This document shows, one piece after another, positions 5,261 to 15,163 of a stretch of 31,154 nt of DNA. Source of the stretch: a virus (lineage: Duplodnaviria; Caudoviricetes); the IMG/VR virus record IMGVR_UViG_3300007545_000014, positions 1 to 31,154 of that record; one strand, given 5' to 3'. Both the position numbers and the translations under genes were made by a program. Below the pieces are notes generated by a model. It ran no database searches and had not been told where the DNA came from. It saw only the letters and a list, made by a program, of their open reading frames with translations. How positions within the stretch are numbered: the first letter of the stretch is position 1; the number at the start of each line of letters is the position of its first letter.

Positions 5261-7439
5261 ATTTGTATTTGCAACGGATAAGCCTGATATTCCCTACTTC
5301 TATTCGGAATACCAGCGTTCTACGCAGAACGGAGGAAACACCGCTAACATAGCGGAAAATGACGACATAAGACTTGCTAGATGGGAAGGTCAGACGGATG
5401 ACGGCAAGAAGCACAGCGAAAACCGTATGAACGGTGATGGTGCATTCCCCTTTGAAGGTGCTTCAGATGTTCGTTGCAGACTTGTTGATAGAACGATTAA
5501 TGAAATAGTTGCTATCCTTATGACAACCTTTGATAGGTGTCAGATTAAGGTAAAAGGTACGGAATTCAACGATTCCGAAACAGCCGCTACCGCTAATGTG
5601 CTTATGTCTTGGCTTGTTGAGTCAAGACTGCGTACAGAACTGCGAAAAGAGGCTGAATTGCTTGCCCAGAACGGACTTCAATACGGATGGGCTGGATTAC
5701 ACATCCTGTGGGAACGAGAGATGTCTACACGCTTCCAGAAACTATCTATGGACGAACTTGTTCAGGCTGTTCAGATGGGAATGCAGAAAGACCCCAATAC
5801 GCCCCTCAAAGACCTCCCAGATGCCATTGTAGACCCTTCCAAGGAAGAGTTTGCTATGTCTTTAATCCAGATGTACCTTCCGACTGTTTCTCCTGCAACA
5901 GTTAAGAAGGCAATTAAGGAACTAAGAGAAACTGGAACTGCTCATATCCCAGAACCGTTTATTTCTAAGAACCAACCAAGTTTGGTTTCCTTAAAGCCAT
6001 ATGACGAGATTTCATTCCCGCCAGAAACGATTGATATTCAAAGAGCCAGAGTTATCTTCAGAAGAACTTATGTTACTGAAGTAGAACTTCGTACAATGGC
6101 AAAACAGTACGAATGGGATAACTCATTTGTTGAACAATCTGTTAATACCGCTGGTAAACAATCTAACTTCAACGACCCTAACCTTCTCCCTGCCGCCGCC
6201 TTGTTGAATTATCAAGTAAGCAGAAATGACCACTTGATTGAACTGGTTTACGCATATAGCAGATTGATTGACAGCGATGGCATTGCTGGAATCTATCAAA
6301 CAATCTTCTGCCCACAGTCTGGCAACGAAGAATACGCTTCGCACGAACTACTTGGAAGTGCTCAAAATAAGTATCCGTTTGTTATCTACCGCAGAGAAAA
6401 AATTAGAAGACCTATCTACGAAACCCGTGGAATCCCTGAAATCGCCCAGACAGACCAAGAGGAAGTCAAAGCCCAGCGTGACTCCGTGCGGGATAGAACA
6501 GCCTTCACAACGCTACCACCAGTCCTAGTAAAGAAGAGACTAAGTGGTATCAATAAGATTTCTCCGGGGGTTCATTTGCCTGTTACATCAGTTGATGACT
6601 ACAGATTTATGCCTACTCCAACTGGAGAGCCTAACACAGCCTTCGCCTTAATGGACAAGGTTGATATGGAGCATTGTGCGTACTTTGGACTTTATCATCC
6701 AAACATAATGCCTCAAAAAACTCAAACAACCCAGCAATTCCTTGTGAATAACTGGCTGGATGTCTGGAGTGAGGCTTTTTCTATGACATTCTCAATGATG
6801 CTCCAGTATATGGACTCAGCCGAGATTGAACAAATTACTGGACGCTCGCTTCCTCAGAACTTGAGTTCCATTAGCAATAATTATGACTTCCAAGTTAAAT
6901 ACGATGTTAGAGAACTTGATACTCAGTTTGTCATCGAGAAACTCAAAGCAATTACGCAATTTGTTCTCCCTCTTGATAGTGCAGGAGTTATTGACAAGAA
7001 CAAACTTGTTAAAGCGGCTATTGAGGCTATCGACCCTGATAAGGCAAAAGAACTCATCATCAACACGGCAACGGCTTCTCAGATGCTGTATAAGGAAATT
7101 CAATCTGACATCGGTCTTATGATGCTTGGAAACGAGGCTAACTATGTCGAAAACGACCCTTCAGCCCCGTCTAAACTCCAGTACCTGCAAGACATTATCT
7201 CTAAGAACCCCAAGGCACAGCAACAAATGCAATCCGACCAGCATTTCCGTGCCCTTATGGATAACTTCATCAAGAACCTGCAAATGTCCGTAAGCCAGCA
7301 ACAGAACAAGCAGATTGGTCGCACGGGAGTTACTCCTATCGCTGAACAGGCTGGGAATCAGATGCAACAACAGATTCAGCAAGCAGAGCAAATGCAAGCC
7401 CAGCAGGAAGCCCCTGAACAGCAAGGAGGTATGATGTGA
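5232..7439 (+). CDS. Portal protein (podovirus/P22-like)
   Basis: 735 aa, between terL and the scaffold. It has an N-terminal PFEGASD motif, a RGIPEI...Q.E.K...D segment and a Gln-rich C-terminal barrel-like tail. Confidence 0.88.
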   Translation: MKKYNNNADKFVFATDKPDIPYFYSEYQRSTQNGGNTANIAENDDIRLARWEGQTDDGKKHSENRMNGDGAFPFEGASDVRCRLVDRTINEIVAILMTTFDRCQIKVKGTEFNDSETAATANVLMSWLVESRLRTELRKEAELLAQNGLQYGWAGLHILWEREMSTRFQKLSMDELVQAVQMGMQKDPNTPLKDLPDAIVDPSKEEFAMSLIQMYLPTVSPATVKKAIKELRETGTAHIPEPFISKNQPSLVSLKPYDEISFPPETIDIQRARVIFRRTYVTEVELRTMAKQYEWDNSFVEQSVNTAGKQSNFNDPNLLPAAALLNYQVSRNDHLIELVYAYSRLIDSDGIAGIYQTIFCPQSGNEEYASHELLGSAQNKYPFVIYRREKIRRPIYETRGIPEIAQTDQEEVKAQRDSVRDRTAFTTLPPVLVKKRLSGINKISPGVHLPVTSVDDYRFMPTPTGEPNTAFALMDKVDMEHCAYFGLYHPNIMPQKTQTTQQFLVNNWLDVWSEAFSMTFSMMLQYMDSAEIEQITGRSLPQNLSSISNNYDFQVKYDVRELDTQFVIEKLKAITQFVLPLDSAGVIDKNKLVKAAIEAIDPDKAKELIINTATASQMLYKEIQSDIGLMMLGNEANYVENDPSAPSKLQYLQDIISKNPKAQQQMQSDQHFRALMDNFIKNLQMSVSQQQNKQIGRTGVTPIAEQAGNQMQQQIQQAEQMQAQQEAPEQQGGMM

Positions 7440-7714
7440 GCCTCCCTATCGAAATTATCAACGGTCTTTCCTTTGAAAAGGGGAATCCAACTTGGGGTGC
7501 TGTTATGCTTCTTATCAATGCCAGCATTGAATCAGAGGTTTCTGATGCACTTTCAAAGGATTCTAAGGGGGAAGACAGGGCTTGGCATTCAGGAAGAGCC
7601 TCTTCTTTAAGCAGTTTTAGAGACCTTCTTATACTCACACGGGATGAAGTACTTGCCGACCAAGGAAAAGCACCTGAACAGTATGATTCAGGCGAAATTG
7701 GCTTGGATAAGTAA
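7436..7714 (+). CDS. Small conserved protein downstream of portal
   Basis: 92 aa with a GTG start overlapping the portal stop. The helical RAWHSGRASSL motif resembles small post-portal (Bbp19-like) proteins. Confidence 0.7.
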   Translation: MSLPIEIINGLSFEKGNPTWGAVMLLINASIESEVSDALSKDSKGEDRAWHSGRASSLSSFRDLLILTRDEVLADQGKAPEQYDSGEIGLDK

Positions 7715-7808
7715 TCCTCTTGCAACAATAACTTTTTGCCTCTTAAAGGCTTCTAATGGTTCTGAGTCCATTCTAAAACTCTGTATATAGGACTTTAGAC
7801 CTTATCTA

Positions 7809-8828
7809 ATGAATACAAAGAATGATGCCGACCTTGGGACGGCTGAAAACAACCCCACGACAAACACCGAAAACAATTCCGCAGTTTTTGGTTTAAATGA
7901 AATCGCTGATATTATCAGCAATAAGTTCCTAGGCGGTGAGGAACAGAACGGGTCTCCTGAAGTCCAAGAAGGTCAGGAACAAGCGGAAGGTGAAAGCACC
8001 GCTTATGAACAAGATAGTGCTGTTCTTTCACAGGAAAATGAAACAACCGCTGACAATTCAGAATCAGAAGACTCCGAGGAAACCGAAGAAACCAAGTCTG
8101 ACGATGAAGAAATTGAAAGAGGTCTACCAAAGGGCGTTAAGAAACGCATCGATAAACTCTCTGCCAAGCGTAGAGAAGCCGAAGCGGAAGTTGAACGACT
8201 AAAGCAAGAAGTGGAACGATTGGAGCAAGAGGCTACCAAGCCAGCCCAAGTCCCAGATTCAAGCAACCCGTTCAGCCACATCCGTAGTATGGAAGAAATC
8301 AGCCGAGAGGCTGACCAAGCCAAACAAATTAGGCGTTGGTGCGAAATGAACCCTGATGGTGCTGTTGTGACAAAGTCAGATGGCGAAGAAGTAGAGTACA
8401 CGGCTGAGGACATCCGAAAGATTAAAGTTAAATCTATGGATGCACTTGAAGAACATCTCCCAAAAAGAGCACAGTTCCTTCAAGCGTACAATCAGTTTGA
8501 AGCGGTGGCTCAAAAGGATTATGTGTGGTGGAAAGACCGTTCCAGTAAGGAACGACAGATGGCAGAATCTTTCATCAAGGCATTTCCAGAAATACTTCGT
8601 GCACCTGACCATAAGTTAGTACTAGGTCACCTCATTACAGGCATAAAAGTCTATGAGAACCAGAAGAGAGTAACTACTCCTCAAAAAGTACTCGCACAAC
8701 CTAGGTCGTCTGCAAGCCCAGTTCCCCTGAAGAAAAATCAGGTTGCTGAACAGGTCGCAAAGCAACGATATGCGTCTTCTAACTCCCGTGACGATTTGAG
8801 CATAATCATCGCTAACAAATTCTTGTAA
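7809..8828 (+). CDS. Capsid scaffolding protein
   Basis: Very acidic N-terminus, then GVKKRIDKLSAKRREAE coiled coil. It lies immediately upstream of the capsid gene. Confidence 0.85.
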   Translation: MNTKNDADLGTAENNPTTNTENNSAVFGLNEIADIISNKFLGGEEQNGSPEVQEGQEQAEGESTAYEQDSAVLSQENETTADNSESEDSEETEETKSDDEEIERGLPKGVKKRIDKLSAKRREAEAEVERLKQEVERLEQEATKPAQVPDSSNPFSHIRSMEEISREADQAKQIRRWCEMNPDGAVVTKSDGEEVEYTAEDIRKIKVKSMDALEEHLPKRAQFLQAYNQFEAVAQKDYVWWKDRSSKERQMAESFIKAFPEILRAPDHKLVLGHLITGIKVYENQKRVTTPQKVLAQPRSSASPVPLKKNQVAEQVAKQRYASSNSRDDLSIIIANKFL

Positions 8829-8850
8829 TCCCCAAACCTATATAACTACT

Positions 8851-9882
8851 ATGGCAAATCTCCTAGAAAAAGACATCTCCTCTGGAAAAAGAGAAGACCT
8901 CGCTGACCTCATCGCACTCGTTGATGCAAAGGATACTCCTTTCACATCGATGGCAAAGAAGGGTTCAAAACCTGGAAATACACTTTTCAGATGGCAAGCC
9001 GATTCACTTCCTACACCTAAGACGACTGGTACAGTCGATGGTACGGATGTGACCTCCTATGACAACTATGTCAAGGATGGCGGCGTAACCTATCGTGCTG
9101 AACTCAGCAACTACATCCAAATCTTCCGCAGAGCCGTCCGTGTGTCCCCGCTTACGCAGGACATCGCTACGATTGCTGGGGTTCGTGATGAACTCGCTAA
9201 CAATGTCGCTAAGGGCATTCAGGCTATCAAGCGTGATATGGAAGCCACAATGTGCTCCAACAACGGTGCTCAGGCTGACGCTGGTGGTTCAACCCCCTAC
9301 CTCACCCGTGGTCTTAACAAGTGGCTTCAGCCAATTGCTACGAAGGACACAACGCTTGCTGTTCCTGACACCTTCTGTACGCCTACGGCTAACCGTTCTA
9401 CGGTTGGAACTGCGGCTCTGACTGAAACGGTTGTCCAGAATATCCTCACGGGTATCTACAGCCAAACTGGTCAATACAGAGACTATGACGCTCTCGTTGG
9501 TACTGCTCTTAAGAGAGCCTTTACTAACCTTGCGTTTACATCTACCCAAGGCTCAGGCACAGCCCCGATGACCGCTATCAGAACCCTTAACCGTGAGTCG
9601 GACGCTTCGTCCTACATCTCTTCGGTTGATGTGTTTGAAGGCGATTTCGGTAAACTTCGTCTGCACCCGTCACACTATCTCAATGCTACTTCTGGCGTTG
9701 GCTCGACCTTTGCTGGTTATGTCATCCCGTTTGACCAAGTTGAGATTCGTTATGGCGGCAATGTCGCTGGAGTTACTGCTCTCACCAACAACGGTGGTGG
9801 CGAAGCCCGAATGATTGAAGCAGTTGCTGGACTTTGCGTCTACAACCCGCTGGCATTTGGCGTGTTCGACTTCACCGCCTAA
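8851..9882 (+). CDS. Major capsid protein (DUF5309/SU10-like, HK97 fold)
   Basis: 343 aa with REDLADLI...DTPFTSM...FRWQAD, NYIQIFRR, IKRDMEA and FEGDFG motifs. The codon bias is consistent with high expression. Confidence 0.9.
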   Translation: MANLLEKDISSGKREDLADLIALVDAKDTPFTSMAKKGSKPGNTLFRWQADSLPTPKTTGTVDGTDVTSYDNYVKDGGVTYRAELSNYIQIFRRAVRVSPLTQDIATIAGVRDELANNVAKGIQAIKRDMEATMCSNNGAQADAGGSTPYLTRGLNKWLQPIATKDTTLAVPDTFCTPTANRSTVGTAALTETVVQNILTGIYSQTGQYRDYDALVGTALKRAFTNLAFTSTQGSGTAPMTAIRTLNRESDASSYISSVDVFEGDFGKLRLHPSHYLNATSGVGSTFAGYVIPFDQVEIRYGGNVAGVTALTNNGGGEARMIEAVAGLCVYNPLAFGVFDFTA

Positions 9883-9889
9883 TCAGACA

Positions 9890-10252
9890 ATGGCTGACAT
9901 CATTCAAGACCTAGCGGAGGTTATCCCCCCTGAATTAAGAAACAGGGTTAGGGATGAACTTCTGCGTGGGTGGAGAATGGAAGAAACTAAGGCATATGCC
10001 GAAGCGAAACAGTCAGCCATTTTTAACCACGCCAACGAAGCCCGAAGCATCGATGGTGTTGGTCAACTAAAGGCTCGGATACCCCAAGCCGCTTTCCATT
10101 ACTGGGGACATCGGCTGGGGTACGAGTGCTGGGATGATGATTCATTTCTCAGAGAATTTCTTCGGGACAATCCAGAAACTGCCGTTTCCAATTACGCCAA
10201 GCGTACTTGCGTTAACGGCACAATTTTCACGGCTGACGGTTATCTCACATAA
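9890..10252 (+). CDS. Hypothetical protein downstream of capsid (120 aa)
   Basis: ATG at 9890, 7 nt after the capsid stop. Contains ARIP..AFHYW...GYECWDD..FLREFLRDNPE, and its stop overlaps the next ATG. Confidence 0.75.
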   Translation: MADIIQDLAEVIPPELRNRVRDELLRGWRMEETKAYAEAKQSAIFNHANEARSIDGVGQLKARIPQAAFHYWGHRLGYECWDDDSFLREFLRDNPETAVSNYAKRTCVNGTIFTADGYLT

Positions 10253-11019
10253 TGAGAACTGCAAACTTTTCACAAATCCTCTTTGACGCTCTCCAGTATT
10301 CTGGAAATGACCGTCACAACATCACCGCTGAGACATTCGCTCAGTTCCGTGATTTTGCATCCGCAAGGATTCGTGAGGCTTGGGAAACCATTCAATGGGC
10401 AGATGTTTGCAGACTTGTAGAGTTCACGACAACAACTGACGCTAACGGGGTTGTTTCTTTCTCTCCAGCGACAGAAGCAGATGAGATTCTTGCTGTCTAC
10501 ACAAAGAACCCTCAAGAGACCACACAAGCGGTTCAAGTGCCATACCAGATATACGACAGCGGTTCTGTCCGTAAAATTATCATTGGAAATGGCATTGTGT
10601 CAGGTTGGTACTTGTACAGAAAAGACTGCATCACCCTTGAGGGGGAGTTGTACAGCCCTACCGTAGTTTATTATCAAGGAGTTCAGGTCTACTTTGACTC
10701 TGGCTCAGGTACTGGAACATACACTCCAGTTCTTGGTAAGCCTCACGCTGGCAATTTCTACACTTGCACGGTTGTATCTACAACTGTTGGGCAAAACCCT
10801 AACACGCATCCTGCGTCTTGGACAAAGATAGAGATACCGTATATCTTCTCTGCGTTTATGGCTTGGGGGGCGGCGGCTAACTGGCTTGTTTCTGAGGGTC
10901 AGATTCAAGAAGCACCAGTAATTGAAGCCAAGGCTAAGGAAGTAATTGAGCAGGAATACGATAAATTCCTCAATCAACAAGGACAATACGGCAAACTAAA
11001 TATAACCAGAACTTACTAA
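10252..11019 (+). CDS. Putative head-tail adaptor (tail tubular protein A-like) with an inserted carbohydrate-binding-like module
   Basis: Position after the capsid genes; helical N- and C-termini (IREAWE...W; IPYIFSAFMAWGAAANWL..EGQ). The internal Y..TVVY.QG.QVY...FYTC...NP..HPASW segment resembles CBM5/12. Confidence 0.65.
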   Translation: MRTANFSQILFDALQYSGNDRHNITAETFAQFRDFASARIREAWETIQWADVCRLVEFTTTTDANGVVSFSPATEADEILAVYTKNPQETTQAVQVPYQIYDSGSVRKIIIGNGIVSGWYLYRKDCITLEGELYSPTVVYYQGVQVYFDSGSGTGTYTPVLGKPHAGNFYTCTVVSTTVGQNPNTHPASWTKIEIPYIFSAFMAWGAAANWLVSEGQIQEAPVIEAKAKEVIEQEYDKFLNQQGQYGKLNITRTY

Positions 11020-11022
11020 TTT

Positions 11023-11325
11023 ATGGCAATCATCTCAACATCATCTCCGTTCCTGCGTAGTTATACGACTACTCAGACGGCTTTAAGCACTACTAAGATT
11101 CAAGTGCTTACCCTTCCACCTGACATTACTACCAAGCGTATTATTGTTCTTGTGCAGAACACATCTGCTACTGAAACCGTACAGGTTATGGGCAACGCTA
11201 CTGATACAGTTGGTGTTGTTCTTCCTCCGCAGTCTCAGTTCTCAATTGATAACTATCAAGGCGTTCTTTACGCTGTGGCTAACGCTGGTACACCTGCTAT
11301 CAACATCACTATCAGTACTGTCTAA
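11023..11325 (+). CDS. Small beta-rich virion protein
   Basis: 100 aa, Thr/Val-rich, with an R..VLVQN.S...V..G.....G..L.P pattern typical of small phage jelly-roll proteins. Confidence 0.65.
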   Translation: MAIISTSSPFLRSYTTTQTALSTTKIQVLTLPPDITTKRIIVLVQNTSATETVQVMGNATDTVGVVLPPQSQFSIDNYQGVLYAVANAGTPAINITISTV

Positions 11326-11639
11326 TGGCTATTGAGTTCACACAATACGCTGACTCCGTAGGTAAACAGCAAGCAAACTTTCTTGCTTATTCTGCTGTAT
11401 CAATTGACAGAGCCAATGGTGCTATTGATTGGGGCTGGAGAGCATCCACACAGCCGTTCTTTCTCAAGAACATTGGCGTTGGCAACTGGGGTCTTGTTAA
11501 TCAAACAACAAGTGCATACGCAGTTTGTGTGGTGCAAGGCACTAATGTTTCGTATTTCTCTGGTATGGCTAGTTCTGGAACTGATAAATACAAAGTTAAA
11601 CTTACTGGGAGCAGTCTTTCAGACTTTAACATTGGATAA
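11325..11639 (+). CDS. Hypothetical (probably virion) protein, 104 aa
   Basis: TAATG translational coupling at both ends. Confidence 0.65.
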   Translation: MAIEFTQYADSVGKQQANFLAYSAVSIDRANGAIDWGWRASTQPFFLKNIGVGNWGLVNQTTSAYAVCVVQGTNVSYFSGMASSGTDKYKVKLTGSSLSDFNIG

Positions 11640-11815
11640 TGTATACAATAAACACTCCATATAAAGGCTTTGCTGGGTTCACCCTTGACGGAAAAACAAC
11701 TGTCATTGGTGCAGTTGAAGCGAATCAACAGTTTGATTGCATTGATGGCGTTCAGATGTTCTTTGGTAAAACCCTAGCAGAACTAAACACGGCAATTGAG
11801 GATTCTATCGCCTAA
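11639..11815 (+). CDS. Hypothetical protein, 58 aa (absent from the ORF track)
   Basis: MYTINTPYKGFAGFTLDGKTTVIGAVEANQQFDCIDGVQMFFGKTLAELNTAIEDSIA*. It fills the gap exactly, with TAATG overlaps at both ends. Confidence 0.75.
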   Translation: MYTINTPYKGFAGFTLDGKTTVIGAVEANQQFDCIDGVQMFFGKTLAELNTAIEDSIA

Positions 11816-12243
11816 TGAGTATTAACCTGTCAGTCGGTGTTATGATTCCTACGAATGTCGTAGAAGTCGGTAACGAAATTACGGCTGACCAGTTAGCGGC
11901 TATCACAAGTGCATCTGCACCTACATCTGCTAATCCTTTTATAACAACATCTGCCCTTCCAGCCGCAGGAGTTACAAATAACAAAGCACTAGCCAATGCA
12001 ATTGCGGCTTCAATGTGGTATACTTTTGATGGCTATGATTGGATTAGGGCAACAAATACAGGTATCGTAAACGCAAGAGTTCTTTCTGGTGATGTAAGTA
12101 GTTCTGGCATTTCAGATGGCACTTCTTTTGTAACAGGCTTCCCGCCTTTAATTCTTACAACTTCTCTTGTATCTAATGCTGATTGGTTCGTAAGTGTTAA
12201 TGGAACGCTTTCTGATTTTAGAATTATGAATCAAATTGTTTAA
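11815..12243 (+). CDS. Putative virion or fibre-associated protein, 142 aa
   Basis: TAATG-coupled, Ser/Thr/Ala-rich, with an AAIT.A.APTSANPFIT motif seen in phage fibre-like proteins. Confidence 0.65.
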   Translation: MSINLSVGVMIPTNVVEVGNEITADQLAAITSASAPTSANPFITTSALPAAGVTNNKALANAIAASMWYTFDGYDWIRATNTGIVNARVLSGDVSSSGISDGTSFVTGFPPLILTTSLVSNADWFVSVNGTLSDFRIMNQIV

Positions 12244-12246
12244 CCT

Positions 12247-12384
12247 ATGTTTACCGTACTTTTATCCCTTACAGTCATTGCCCTAGCCTTCCTAGGAGGC
12301 TTCTACGCTGGCATTAAGAATGCTAAGTCGGAGAAGGTTTCTTGGGGCAAGGAAATGCTCAACAAACTCAAGTCTAAAGACTAA
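12247..12384 (+). CDS. Small single-pass membrane protein, 45 aa (absent from the ORF track)
   Basis: MFTVLLSLTVIALAFLGGFYAGIKNAKSEKVSWGKEMLNKLKSKD*. Hydrophobic N-terminus and Lys-rich tail; the stop overlaps the next ATG. Confidence 0.75.
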   Translation: MFTVLLSLTVIALAFLGGFYAGIKNAKSEKVSWGKEMLNKLKSKD

Positions 12385-14015
12385 TGCCTAATGAATACCA
12401 AAAGGATGGAGATATAGCGTTTATCGGGCTTAACAGCCGTGATAACCCTAGTGCTCTGCCTCAAGGTATTGTTAGTAAGTCTCAGAATTTCAGATTAGAC
12501 CGTGGTGTTGCTACTGTTAGAAAAGGTATGCAACGCAAAACTATTGGTGCTATTGTCGGTCAAGTTATTTATGGCGTAGGTACATACATTGACAATACAG
12601 GTCAGGAAATTATAATCTGCGTTGTTACTGACGGCTTGTATAAATACCATCCACAAACCGAAACGCTGTCTGCTAAGATTAGTTTCCCAGCAGGAGAAAC
12701 GATTACCACTCAAGATGGATGCGATGTCGTAGCGGCTATGGATAAGGTTTACATAAGCCGTGGAAGAGCCAAGCGTCCATTGGAGTGGGATGTTACAACT
12801 GTAACAATAACAGCACTTCCTTCATCGGCAGGTACTGGACACGAATTCCCAAGTTCAACAGGTTTGCTTTATTATGCAAATCGTATGATTGCACTTGGTT
12901 CGCACCACACAGTAACAACTACTGAAAGAGACTACGATACTGTTTCTGTTAGTAACTTTTTAGATTTTTACAATTGGGATGCTGTTGATGCTTTTACTAT
13001 AAACAGCGGTAGCAATGACCAAGTTGTTGGAGTTGCTCCGTGGACGCTTAATGAGTTCTTGGTGTTTATGCGTAACAGTATATTTTACATCAATGTAGGA
13101 GATGACAGATATGCTACAGGAAATGGTCTTTCGGCTACATCTTACATAAAAACGCTTGCAACGGATATCGGTTGTTCTGCCAGAAAGTCTGTTGTACAGG
13201 CTGGTGGTGGCGTTTTCTTCCTTTCAGATAACGGAGTTTACTTCCTGCAACCTCAACCAGCCTCTGCGGAGTCTATGAAGTTGCTCACAATGGCTGACCC
13301 TATTTCATCCCCTATTGATGATGTTATCCAACGAATTAACCGTACTTACGCTCACCGTGCTGTTGCAACCTACTGGAACAATAGGTACTATCTTGCCGTT
13401 CCGCTTGATTCCTCTGTCGATAATAACGCTGTTTTGGTATATAATTTTATATTAAAACAATGGGAGTCAGTTGACACATACCCTGCTGGATTTGATATCT
13501 TTGCGTTTGTAATTGCTAAAAAAGACAATAAAAGGCGTTTATTTGGTATTGATACAGACCAAGGTGTTTTCTTAATGGAACAACTTAATTGGGATGAGTA
13601 TCAAGACTGGGCAGTTGGAGACCCTAATGCTGGTACTCCAATTCTTCCTTTTTATCTTCCTTCAACGCTAACTACATCATCTTTTCCGCAAAATGCTGTT
13701 AACTCAATTTTGAAAACAAGGCGTTATTCGTTTAACAGCATTGGAGACAAAAGGTATAGCACAATAGAAACAGAAATTGTATGCGATGCTGGTTCTCAAG
13801 TGCTAACAACAGCAGAAACATTTAACCCAGACACCGTAACAAACATTGATACATTTGGTTCTGAGTTCACCGAAGACACGGCAAGAAGAATTCCTATAAG
13901 AAAAATAGGAACAGGATTGCAAGTTCAATATACATCTACAAATTTAAGACCATCGATAAGGTCTGCTTATGTGTACGCAACTATGCAAAAACAAAACAAC
14001 ACATCTAAACAATAA
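12384..14015 (+). CDS. Tail nozzle / DNA-stabilisation protein (P22 gp10 or tail tubular B-like)
   Basis: 543 aa, beta-rich. N-terminal F.GLNSRDNP..LP...S.N.RLD.G...RKG and GCSARKSV.....VFFLSDNGVY motifs are typical of podovirus nozzle proteins. Confidence 0.75.
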   Translation: MPNEYQKDGDIAFIGLNSRDNPSALPQGIVSKSQNFRLDRGVATVRKGMQRKTIGAIVGQVIYGVGTYIDNTGQEIIICVVTDGLYKYHPQTETLSAKISFPAGETITTQDGCDVVAAMDKVYISRGRAKRPLEWDVTTVTITALPSSAGTGHEFPSSTGLLYYANRMIALGSHHTVTTTERDYDTVSVSNFLDFYNWDAVDAFTINSGSNDQVVGVAPWTLNEFLVFMRNSIFYINVGDDRYATGNGLSATSYIKTLATDIGCSARKSVVQAGGGVFFLSDNGVYFLQPQPASAESMKLLTMADPISSPIDDVIQRINRTYAHRAVATYWNNRYYLAVPLDSSVDNNAVLVYNFILKQWESVDTYPAGFDIFAFVIAKKDNKRRLFGIDTDQGVFLMEQLNWDEYQDWAVGDPNAGTPILPFYLPSTLTTSSFPQNAVNSILKTRRYSFNSIGDKRYSTIETEIVCDAGSQVLTTAETFNPDTVTNIDTFGSEFTEDTARRIPIRKIGTGLQVQYTSTNLRPSIRSAYVYATMQKQNNTSKQ

Positions 14016-14017
14016 CT

Positions 14018-15163
14018 ATGGCTCAATTATCTAAAGGAGATACCTTTACAGACGGACAACAGGTTACTGGTGCTCGTCTCAATCAACTAGTCGATTCCGC
14101 AGTACTTTCTGTGGGTGCTATTACCGACCAAGCAAATATAACAGCAAATACAGTTGCATCTAACGACTCCGTGCTTTTGTACGATTTGTCGGCAACGGCT
14201 CTCCGTGAGGCTAATGTCTCTGATGTTTTAAATAGTGGACTTAATGCAACATTTGGTACTGTAATAACTAATACAGTTAACACTCTTACTGGTGATGACC
14301 TTCAATTAACATCAACAGATAAAACAATTGTTAATAGCAAGTCTTTTTCTTCCTCTGACGGTATTAATGTAACGGTATTTTCTACTGCACACGGTTTGCT
14401 TGCTAATGCAATTGTTTTAGTTTCTGCAACAGTTCCAGCCTATTCTGGTACATTTAGAATTTCTTCTGTTACTGCTGATGAATTTATATATGTACTTAAT
14501 ACTCCTACAACATTAAATAGCGGTACTTGTTCATATACAAAAAAGGCTTCTGTTTCTGTTAATGGAAATCTTGTATGTGAAAATATTTTTACAAACAGTA
14601 ACATTGAGGCTAGTGGTTCATTTTCAAGTAACGGTGTAGCAAACTTTAAAGGCACATTGCAAGTTAACGGAACTGTAGGTTATGTTCTTACTGAAATAAC
14701 AGAAGAAACAATTCCTCCATATACTTCTACTGTTACTGGAAATTTTGCAGCAATTTGGTCATCATTGCCATTTACAAAACCTGTTGGAGAAGTTTGGGTT
14801 TTTGAATTAAGATTTAATTATAGCAATGATACTGTTACTGGGGCTGGTGTTGGCGTTCCATTTGGATATGGCATTAGATATAGTTCAGAAACTGCTTTTA
14901 CAGGAACATATAAATCAGCAGAGCGTTTTTCTGCTTTTTCAACATCTGTAAGCATTTCTTACAATGGAGTACAAAGTAGAGTAGTGACTTGGAGTGAACA
15001 AGTTTCTACCGCTTTAACTAGTAATAATGTAGTTTTTGATACCTGCACAACCGCTTCTGTGGGGCAAAAAATGTTTTCTTCGACTGTTGGTATTTTTGCT
15101 GGATACCCATCAACCCCAATTGTTTCTTCTACTTTAAAAATCTATAAATATAAAACTGCTTAA
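14018..15163 (+). CDS. Tail fibre or spike protein
   Basis: N-terminal F.DGQQVTGARLNQL attachment-like motif, an FCCH-like segment (TAHGL...V.VS...AYSGTFRI..VTADEF.Y) and an AT-rich variable C-terminal domain. Confidence 0.7.
   Translation: MAQLSKGDTFTDGQQVTGARLNQLVDSAVLSVGAITDQANITANTVASNDSVLLYDLSATALREANVSDVLNSGLNATFGTVITNTVNTLTGDDLQLTSTDKTIVNSKSFSSSDGINVTVFSTAHGLLANAIVLVSATVPAYSGTFRISSVTADEFIYVLNTPTTLNSGTCSYTKKASVSVNGNLVCENIFTNSNIEASGSFSSNGVANFKGTLQVNGTVGYVLTEITEETIPPYTSTVTGNFAAIWSSLPFTKPVGEVWVFELRFNYSNDTVTGAGVGVPFGYGIRYSSETAFTGTYKSAERFSAFSTSVSISYNGVQSRVVTWSEQVSTALTSNNVVFDTCTTASVGQKMFSSTVGIFAGYPSTPIVSSTLKIYKYKTA

Noticed and set aside
8003-8413. 136-aa Ser-rich minus-strand ORF and the many other 60-185 aa antisense or off-frame ORFs inside large genes
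   Set aside because: These are shadow ORFs produced by the codon bias of the real + strand genes, with no independent motifs.
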